Source: Phycisphaeraceae bacterium
GTDB taxonomy: Bacteria > Planctomycetota > Phycisphaerae > Phycisphaerales > Phycisphaeraceae
Length of the DNA: 64,000 bases
Direction of reading: 5' to 3'
Assembly (NCBI GenBank): GCA_028284155.1
Contig: JANQSF010000079.1
Span: 55,684 to 119,683, forward strand
A model generated the notes under the pieces. The model made no database searches and had not been told where the DNA came from. It saw only the letters and a list, made by a program, of their open reading frames with translations. Both the position numbers and the translations under genes were made by a program. Every line of letters starts with the position of its first letter. Positions within the stretch are counted from its first letter, which is position 1. Positions 57,042 through 64,000 of this stretch are shown in pieces.

Positions 57042-60000
57042 TCACCGGCGCAACTGATCGAGAATCACCGGGTCCTGGATGTCCTGATCGCGTGCCAGCA
57101 TCAGCACCTTCGAAATGACCTCGGCCGTCCGTGGGTCGTCGTCGGCAAATGGGAGGAACAGCCGACCCCGATGTTGGGCGTGGACGGGAACGACGCACAG
57201 CGCGCCGCCGGGCATCTTGTGGATCCCGGCACTGCCCAGGTGGACTGAATACTGCCCCAAATCGCCGTCGACCATCGCGTGCGGCTCTTTGAGTCGGACG
57301 TTGTCGATGCCGAGCAACTGGCAGGTCTCACGCAGCAAGGTCGCGCGCATCTCGACCGTCGATGCGCTGGCCTCGGGGTCGACCCCGCCGCGGTGCGCGA
57401 CGCTGACCACCAGGTCCATGTCGCGCATGATCTCGCTGAAGATGCGCGGCGGCACGTCGGCAAACTGCAAGGCGTGCCGTTCGTCGCGTTTGAAAAAGCG
57501 GACACACTCAATGGTCAGGCCTTCGACTTCCAGCGGCGTCGTCACGCCGTAATCGAACTCGACCGACGCGGTGACGCCCACGTCGTAGAACGTTTTCCAA
57601 ACCCCGTCCTGCGTGCCCCACCCGCGCTGCCCCCACAGCGCGTTGGCCTGCATCGGGTTGACCTGCTGGCCGGCGTAGCGGCGGGTCTTGTTGCCGTCCG
57701 ACCTCTCCTGCTTGGTCAACACGTAAAGCTCGCGGAATACCTGCTTGAACGGTTGCAGCCGCTCGGCGGCGAAGCACTCATGCTGCCACTTGTCCCATCG
57801 GCCCGTCTCGAACAGGTCGTACGCGTGCGCAATGCGCAGCGCCTCGTTCTTCTTGATCGGTTCGAGTTTGCCGGCGTGGTCGCGTAGCACCTTGCCGCCT
57901 TTGTCCGGGTAGCCCATGATGCCTTCGCCGATGAACACCAACCGACTGACCAGCGGCGCGAGCACGGCGTGCGCGCTGATATCAACCAACTCCGGTGCGG
58001 TGAACAAGTCGCCGCGGCACATCGCCGTTTCCAACGACTGCCGCATACGCGATGCCTGCCGCTTCAATTCCTTGACCCGGTCGGCCAACGCGGCGATCTT
58101 CTTGTCCTTCTTCTTGATCTTGGCGGGCAGCGTTTTCAACGTCTTTTCGCCGCGCGTCACGGTCAGGCTCGGCCGAGACGCCTCGTCGAGCGCGAGCGTC
58201 ACCGTGTAACCGTCTCGCTCGACGGCGACGGGCCCGTCGGCCAGGTCCTTGACCGCCTCGGCCTCCATCGCCCATTCCAGCCGCAGCGGGTCGGGGTAGC
58301 CGACCGTGCGCGCCAGGTTCTGCATACCGACCTCGGCAGAACGCACCGCGTCTTCCTTCGACATGGCGCTGAGCTTGTTCGCGTATCGCCGGTATTCGAG
58401 CAGCACCTTGTAACGCGTGGCGATGTCCGAGTCCCGCCGCGTCCCCTTGGCCAACGGCAGCAGGCCGAGCAGGCGGACGTACTCTTTCAGGTTGCGTTGC
58501 TTGATGCCGTCGATCAGGAACTTGCGGCTGACCCGGCCGAGCAACACGTCGGCGACCAGTTGAGCCCGCTTGGCCTGCGCGGCCGTGGCGGCGAAACGCG
58601 CAGCCGACGACATCGCTTCCCAGCGTTTCTTGGTGAGCCGTTTGTACACACGTTGGAACCAGTCGATGTCGACAGCGCCGCCGCGGCGGTCTTCATCGGT
58701 CAGTGGGGTGCGCTCCATGATGAGGCGGTCCCAGCCCGATCGTTGTTGTTGGGTGTCCTGTTCGTCACCGGCTGAGTCGTCGTCGCCGACACCCGCGCCG
58801 ATGGCGGCGCGTTCGCCGGCGTCGTAGATGTAGTTCATGTGCGCCAGCAACCAGTACACGCCCTCACAGAACCCGTCCCACTTGAAGTAGGCCTCAACAT
58901 GCCGCGACCATTGCGGGGCCAGAAAGGCCAACTCCAGGACGCGTTGTTCGTCGATATGCCCAGCCTTGACGGCCGCCCCCACGTCGTGGGCGAACGACTC
59001 GGGCGTGTCGTCTTGGCCGGCATAACTGACCTCGGCCAAGTGCGTCAGCGTCGCGACCCGGCCGTAGTGCGCGTCGCTATAGTAGCTGGCCGACGTCTTG
59101 TATCGCTCCTTACCGAGCGCAGTGAGGACGCGCAAGAGATTGTCCACACCGCGGACGGCCTGCAGGCTGTGTGCGGCCTGGGTTGCGGCGGTCGCTTCCT
59201 CACCGCGGGCCAACTCAACTTCCAGGACGCGGTCACGGCAGCGATTGACGACCTCGTGCAACTGCGGGCATTGTTCGAGATAGCCGCCGTATTCACGGGT
59301 CAGGTTCACCCGCGTCAGCATCCGCAGTTCGTCGAAACCGTCGTTGTAGCCCGCCAATCCGCGCGGGCCCAGGACATGGTCGTACACATCGGTCAGGTTC
59401 GCCCCATCGGCGGCATAGGCGTCTAACAAGACGTTAAGCCCGGGCCGATCTCGCTTCGCGCCGCGAATCGGTTCGTCAGCCCAGTGGCCCAGTTGCCAAC
59501 AACGCACTTGCTGCTCCGGCGTCATGCCACACTCGACGAGGCCGCTGATCATGAACAACTCACCAAACCACTCGCTAATGGGCCCGCCGTTTCGCCAGTC
59601 GTAGGGTTGATCGCCTTCGACCTCATTTTCATAGCGACCGGACGGCGCATCGGGCCGGGCCAGGTCCTCGACCGCGTTGGCGGGCAGGATCGCATAGGCC
59701 GTCTCGACGGCGTCCAATAGCCAATCCACCGCCGCGTTCGGCTGTTCCCAATAGACCAGCCATTCGACAATCTCTTTAACTTCACACTCGTATCGCAGGT
59801 CCGGCGGCTCGTGTCCGCCCGAGACAGCCCGCAGGTAGTCGGCGTAGCCCGGCCGCTTGGCCAAATCCTGCCACGTCCGCCACTCCCAGTTGCTGATGCG
59901 CGTCAAGATGTGAGCGCGGACGATTTCGAAGCCGTCACCGTCCTTGAGCTTACGCTTGCGTTTATCACGCCACTTCTCCCAGACCTGCTGTAGCGGACAC

Positions 60001-62117
60001 TCGCGGTCGCTCGCTGACGGAGCCTTGTGCCACTCGGGCGACGGGAAACTCCACCCAAGATTGCCCAGCAAGTGCCGCTCGTTGTTGCCCTCGTAGTTGA
60101 CGATGGTGACTACTTCCTCGCGGTGCTCGTGCACGAGGTCGTCCAACGACTTAAGACACGCAACGGCCGCGTCGGTGATGAACTTGACCTTCCGCTTCTT
60201 GGGCGGGACGACGGGCGTGCGATCCGCCAGATCGAAGAGGCCGAGGCCGTTTTCGAGTGTGAGCTTTTCCGCGCCGACGTTGTTGATCGCGTCGAGTTGT
60301 GTGGTTTCGTCGTTGGTCAGCTTCTTGCGCGAATCGGCATAGGCGGCGGCGCGCTGCCGGCATGCGTCGCGTGCGCGGTCGTCCTCAGCTAACTGACGCA
60401 GCATTTCCAAACCGGCCAGCCGTTGCGGCGCCTTGCCCGATTCGAGCAACCGGTCGGCGCTGGCCAACGCACCGTCGTCGTCCTGCACCAGCAGCAGGCC
60501 GATCACCCCGCGGCGCAGGTCGCTGGCCTTGCGTGTGAGCATGGCTTCCAACCGGGGCAAGTCTTCGTCGCGCAGGGGCTTCTTCGCCAGCGCGGTGATC
60601 GCCGCCTGACGCGCATCGGGCGACGTGTCGCCGGCAAGGGACACCAGCGCGTCGTGCGTGAGCTTGTCCCACTTCTTCTGCTCGGCCAACGCTTCGACAA
60701 TCTGTCGCCGCATCCACCCGTCGAACGCCTTGATGTATGGCAGGATGCGGGTGGCCGGCCGATCGCCGAGCATGTAATACATCTTCAACGCGACCTGCTT
60801 ACGGTCGATCGTCACGGTGACCCAGGGCCAGATCAGCGGCTTGGGCTTGTGCGCTTTGGCGGGCGTGCGCTCGTAGAGGCGTTCGAGTTTGTCGAACACG
60901 TCCTCGTCGGTAGCGCCCGGCCCCGGGTCGTGGACAGCCGGGAGGGCGCTGTACGCGACGCGCAGGTCTTCGTCGTCCAACGCCTTGGCGAAGTCCGGGC
61001 TGACAAACGGCGCTTGCATTTTCGCGAAGTGGTGCGCGGCTGCGAAACGGTGTTCCACACTCGGGTGATCAAGCAGTTCGAGCGCCGCCACAGCCGACTC
61101 GACCGCGTCGTCGAACGCCATCACCCACAACGCCATGAAGACCTGCTCCGCGTCGTCGCCCTTGAGCGCCGCATGGCAGGCGGCGGGGTCATCCAACATC
61201 TCCGCGGCCGACGCGATCGTGTCGTTGACGGTTTTGACCGTGGCAGAGTCCCACGCCAGGCCGAACCAGACGTCAACCGCGCGCGTCACGGCGCTGAACC
61301 GAGCCAGTTTGTGGTCGATGATGAGCCGGAGCATCCGGCGGAACGCCTGCGGGTGCGCTTCGTCGATCGTTTCGAGAACGGCTTGACGCAGACCCTCCTG
61401 ACGCTGCGCAGCCAAGAGTGTCTTTTCGATCAACTCCCAGCCCTCGGGGCGCGACGCCGAGAGCAGGCCGCGGATGACGTGCGCACCCATGCCGCCGATC
61501 TCGTGCTCGTTGCAGGCCGAAGCGGTCAGGATCTCAAACACCTCGTCAGCCACCGGCCCGCCCGCGTCTATCGCGCCGGCGAGCAGTCGGCCAATCGTGT
61601 CCTGCTCCCGACCGTAGTACTCGTCTAAGAACGGCGCCCAAGCGGCCAACCACGGGCAGGTGACGATGTCGGCTTGATATCGTGACGTCAATCCGAACAA
61701 CGACGAAGCCCAATCGCAACGCGCCTCCAACGGCGCGCCCGGGAAGGCCGGCGTGCGGAACGCCTTACGCACGTAGCCGCCGGAGTACGGGGCGCGCTTG
61801 AGCAGTTCCCACGCGGCGTCGACCTGTTCGGCGATGTTGGGGAACAACGCGCCGAACAGCTTCGCGCGCTGCCGAGCGCCCAGTTCGTCCACGCGCTCGC
61901 GTGCGGCGGCGGCCATGTTGTGCCGCTCCTCCCAGTCGTCGTGCTCGAACTCCGAGCCGTCCGCGTCTCGGCCGAACAGGGCGTACCCCGCGGCGCACGC
62001 CTGCTTGGGCAGCTTCTTCAGGATTGGCGAGTACCGAAACCATGCCGGGTCGTCCGTGTCGTCCTCCGATAAACGCCACGCCTTGAGCCGCTCCTTCGCC
62101 ACGTCCGGTTTAAGCAC
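57042..62117 (-). CDS. 1691-aa cytoplasmic helical-repeat protein with DUF4132-like C-terminal module (MolR/YehI-like); function unknown
   Basis: No signal peptide or TM segment, and no nucleotide-binding or catalytic motif that I could spot. HEAT-like repeats (SPDARQAAITALAKKP). C-terminal LKTLPAKIKKKDKKIAALADRVKELKRQ, LVSRLVFIG, QPFKQVFRELY and terminal LPFADDDPRTAEVISKVLMLARDQDIQDPVILDQL resemble DUF4132 proteins from memory. GTG start with a GGAGG SD. Confidence 0.8.
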   Translation of the reverse strand: MLKPDVAKERLKAWRLSEDDTDDPAWFRYSPILKKLPKQACAAGYALFGRDADGSEFEHDDWEERHNMAAAARERVDELGARQRAKLFGALFPNIAEQVDAAWELLKRAPYSGGYVRKAFRTPAFPGAPLEARCDWASSLFGLTSRYQADIVTCPWLAAWAPFLDEYYGREQDTIGRLLAGAIDAGGPVADEVFEILTASACNEHEIGGMGAHVIRGLLSASRPEGWELIEKTLLAAQRQEGLRQAVLETIDEAHPQAFRRMLRLIIDHKLARFSAVTRAVDVWFGLAWDSATVKTVNDTIASAAEMLDDPAACHAALKGDDAEQVFMALWVMAFDDAVESAVAALELLDHPSVEHRFAAAHHFAKMQAPFVSPDFAKALDDEDLRVAYSALPAVHDPGPGATDEDVFDKLERLYERTPAKAHKPKPLIWPWVTVTIDRKQVALKMYYMLGDRPATRILPYIKAFDGWMRRQIVEALAEQKKWDKLTHDALVSLAGDTSPDARQAAITALAKKPLRDEDLPRLEAMLTRKASDLRRGVIGLLLVQDDDGALASADRLLESGKAPQRLAGLEMLRQLAEDDRARDACRQRAAAYADSRKKLTNDETTQLDAINNVGAEKLTLENGLGLFDLADRTPVVPPKKRKVKFITDAAVACLKSLDDLVHEHREEVVTIVNYEGNNERHLLGNLGWSFPSPEWHKAPSASDRECPLQQVWEKWRDKRKRKLKDGDGFEIVRAHILTRISNWEWRTWQDLAKRPGYADYLRAVSGGHEPPDLRYECEVKEIVEWLVYWEQPNAAVDWLLDAVETAYAILPANAVEDLARPDAPSGRYENEVEGDQPYDWRNGGPISEWFGELFMISGLVECGMTPEQQVRCWQLGHWADEPIRGAKRDRPGLNVLLDAYAADGANLTDVYDHVLGPRGLAGYNDGFDELRMLTRVNLTREYGGYLEQCPQLHEVVNRCRDRVLEVELARGEEATAATQAAHSLQAVRGVDNLLRVLTALGKERYKTSASYYSDAHYGRVATLTHLAEVSYAGQDDTPESFAHDVGAAVKAGHIDEQRVLELAFLAPQWSRHVEAYFKWDGFCEGVYWLLAHMNYIYDAGERAAIGAGVGDDDSAGDEQDTQQQRSGWDRLIMERTPLTDEDRRGGAVDIDWFQRVYKRLTKKRWEAMSSAARFAATAAQAKRAQLVADVLLGRVSRKFLIDGIKQRNLKEYVRLLGLLPLAKGTRRDSDIATRYKVLLEYRRYANKLSAMSKEDAVRSAEVGMQNLARTVGYPDPLRLEWAMEAEAVKDLADGPVAVERDGYTVTLALDEASRPSLTVTRGEKTLKTLPAKIKKKDKKIAALADRVKELKRQASRMRQSLETAMCRGDLFTAPELVDISAHAVLAPLVSRLVFIGEGIMGYPDKGGKVLRDHAGKLEPIKKNEALRIAHAYDLFETGRWDKWQHECFAAERLQPFKQVFRELYVLTKQERSDGNKTRRYAGQQVNPMQANALWGQRGWGTQDGVWKTFYDVGVTASVEFDYGVTTPLEVEGLTIECVRFFKRDERHALQFADVPPRIFSEIMRDMDLVVSVAHRGGVDPEASASTVEMRATLLRETCQLLGIDNVRLKEPHAMVDGDLGQYSVHLGSAGIHKMPGGALCVVPVHAQHRGRLFLPFADDDPRTAEVISKVLMLARDQDIQDPVILDQLRR

Positions 62118-62119
62118 GG

Positions 62120-62548
62120 TCAGCCTCCCGCCAGAAGAGTGAGTCGGATGAATGTGATTCGGCTGTCGGGCTTGAGGAACAACTCGCGGTCGAGGTCGCG
62201 TTGGTCCTGCTCGTCGACGGCGACCAGGTAGATGCCGTCCTCGAACGCCTGTATCGCGGCCGCCACGGCCTCGTCAACGTCCTGCACGCCGACATCGCTG
62301 CCGCCGGACTCAATCTTGCCTTGGTCGGCAGCCTGCTCGATCTGCCGCGCGGTCAGGACGCGGAAGACCGTGCGGTCCTCCTGCCGCTTGACGAATGCCT
62401 CGACTTCGTGCCGAACGACGTGCTCGATGATCTGCCGCAGTGTCACGCCACCGCCTTCGTGCATCGAGGGCGGCGGCGGGATCGCGTGATCGGCAAACAA
62501 GGGACGCTTGCGCCCCAACGCCCGGCCGGTGATCGTGACGGTTGACAT
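62120..62548 (-). CDS. 142-aa hypothetical protein ending in Gly-Gly; possible beta-grasp (ThiS/MoaD/ubiquitin-like) C-terminal half
   Basis: ATG at 62548 preceded by GGGGA. C-terminus GIYLVAVDEQDQRDLDRELFLKPDSRITFIRLTLLAGG-stop. The stop lies 2 nt before the start of the 1691-aa gene. Confidence 0.6.
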   Translation of the reverse strand: MSTVTITGRALGRKRPLFADHAIPPPPSMHEGGGVTLRQIIEHVVRHEVEAFVKRQEDRTVFRVLTARQIEQAADQGKIESGGSDVGVQDVDEAVAAAIQAFEDGIYLVAVDEQDQRDLDRELFLKPDSRITFIRLTLLAGG

Positions 62549-62778
62549 GCGATTCCCCTGGAGCGGTGTCCGCTCAGTTTACCGTTTGCTCGTCGGGTCT
62601 CAAACGACTCGACACGGTCGGGCTCCAATCCTGCAACGACGTCGTGTCCACCGTACCGCGAGGGGAAATGCACCCGCCTATCCCCGTGCGTTGTTGAGCG
62701 ATCAGGGAGTGTATTTCGACTTCGCTCACGGCTGTGACGGCCCCGCGTCAGCCGATACAATGGAGTTGAGGAAACCAA

Positions 62779-64000
62779 ATGAACGCTCGGTTGGTTGCTT
62801 TTTTCGTGGTCTTGCTTGGCGCGCTGGCGATGGCCGGCGGCAATTGGGCGACTGCTGCGCCGCCGTCAAAGAGCGAGTTCATCAACTTGGTGGATCAGCA
62901 TTGCACGGGTTGCCACGACGCCGACTTGAAGAAGGGTAAACTCGATCTGGATTTGCTCCTCGATGCCCAGGTCGCGAAGCATGCTTCCGTTTGGGAGCGT
63001 GCGCTGCGCAAGATAGACGCGCGACACATGCCGCCGATCGGGAAGAAGCGACCGTCGGAAGCCGAGTACCGCCAACTAACTTCGTACCTCGTCGCGTCGC
63101 TTGACGCGGCCGCCGAAGCACACCCAAATGCCGGACGCACGGACACGTTCCGTCGCCTGAACCGGACCGAGTACCAGAACGCCATCCGCGACCTGCTCGC
63201 GCTGGAGATCGATGCGGCGTCGCTGCTGCCGCCTGACGAGTCGAGCCACGGCTTTGACCACATCACGGTCGGCGACCTGTCCCCGGCGCTGCTGACGCGT
63301 TACGTCAGCGCGGCGCAGAAGATTAGCCGACTGGCCATCGGTGCGCCGCGCAGCGAACCGGACGGCGTGACCTACCGCATCCCTCCTGACGTGACGCAGG
63401 AGAGCCACGTTCCCGGGCTGCCGTTGGGGACGCGCGGCGGCGGGCTTTGGCGGCACCACTTCCCACGCGACGGCGAGTACGAGATACAGATTCGGCTGAC
63501 GCGCGACCGTAACGATGAAGTCGAAGGACTCAACGGCTCGCACCAACTCGAGGTGTTGGTCGATCGGGCGCGGGTCGCACAATTCACCGTCGCCCGTCCC
63601 AAGAAACGCGCTGCGAATCACTTTGACGACACGAAGTTGAAAGCGCGATTCAAGGCCAAGGCCGGCCCGCGCGACCTGGGCGTGACCTTTGTCCGCAACG
63701 GGCGATCGCTTGAAGAGACCAAGCGTCAGCCGTTGAACGTGCACTTCAATCTTCATCGCCACCCGCGACTTGGGCCGGCGATCTATCAGGTGTCGATCAT
63801 CGGGCCGTTTCACGACAAGGCCGACGACAACCCGTCCTTTACGCAGACGCCCAGTCGCAAGCGTGTCTTCATCGCCGATGCGAAGGACGATGAACAGGCC
63901 GCCGCACGCACAATCATTCAAACTTTGGCACGACGAGCCTACCGACGACCTGTCACCGAACAGGACATGAAGCGCCCGATGGTCTTCTTTGCCGAGGCGC
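62779..64000 (+). CDS. DUF1587/DUF1592-type planctomycete cytochrome-c-motif protein (3' end outside the window; not in the ORF track)
   Basis: My translation from the ATG at 62779 gives MNARLVAFFVVLLGALAMAGG... It contains CTGCH, FRRLNRTEYQNAIRDLLALEID...GFDHI (DUF1587-like) and TLARRAYRRPVTEQDM (DUF1592-like). The frame is open to position 64000. Confidence 0.85.
   Translation, partial: MNARLVAFFVVLLGALAMAGGNWATAAPPSKSEFINLVDQHCTGCHDADLKKGKLDLDLLLDAQVAKHASVWERALRKIDARHMPPIGKKRPSEAEYRQLTSYLVASLDAAAEAHPNAGRTDTFRRLNRTEYQNAIRDLLALEIDAASLLPPDESSHGFDHITVGDLSPALLTRYVSAAQKISRLAIGAPRSEPDGVTYRIPPDVTQESHVPGLPLGTRGGGLWRHHFPRDGEYEIQIRLTRDRNDEVEGLNGSHQLEVLVDRARVAQFTVARPKKRAANHFDDTKLKARFKAKAGPRDLGVTFVRNGRSLEETKRQPLNVHFNLHRHPRLGPAIYQVSIIGPFHDKADDNPSFTQTPSRKRVFIADAKDDEQAAARTIIQTLARRAYRRPVTEQDMKRPMVFFAEA

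Noticed and set aside
60423-61628. 401-aa plus-strand ORF inside the 1691-aa gene
   Set aside because: It is antisense to a continuous 5-kb open frame with sensible protein composition. The plus frame is R/V/D/H-rich, and no independent start context was seen.

Overview
High-GC (about 63% by eye) chromosomal segment with hallmarks of Planctomycetota: DUF1501 and PSD/DUF1553 gene pairs, a DUF1587/DUF1592-type cytochrome-c-motif protein, ThuA, FG-GAP and Tat-signal proteins. I support about 55 protein genes. I saw no rRNA, tRNA, CRISPR array, integrase or transposase. Positions 2875-15520 hold a collinear minus-strand flagellar block: flgF, flgG, FlgN-like, flgA, flgH, flgI, rod-binding protein, FlgN-like, flgK, flgL, fliW, csrA, fliC. 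The rest is mostly housekeeping (clpC, mutL, folC, dusB, asnS, nagB, comEC, hemW, actP with its DUF4212 partner, bcp, ferredoxin) plus secreted or envelope proteins. The ORF track translates GTG and TTG starts as M, so I moved several starts to the first ATG that has a Shine-Dalgarno (SD) sequence. Most long antisense ORFs are high-GC artefacts. The most interesting items are these. (1) An isolated, translationally coupled two-gene module at 57042-62548: a 142-aa protein ending in ...LLAGG-stop, followed by a 1691-aa helical-repeat protein with a DUF4132-like C-terminus and no known function. (2) A dispersed, roughly 110-bp, AT-rich imperfect-palindrome element in three intergenic copies, two of which supply the stop codon of the upstream gene. 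(3) GTAGG-GGGCA...TGCCC type REP-like (repetitive extragenic palindrome) inverted repeats, one pair lying inside the 5' end of a coding gene. (4) A low-GC orphan gene appended to the actP operon. (5) A 677-bp leader upstream of flgF with an AT-rich island and repeats. All functional calls rest on motifs read by eye and on recollection of protein families. No database search was run.
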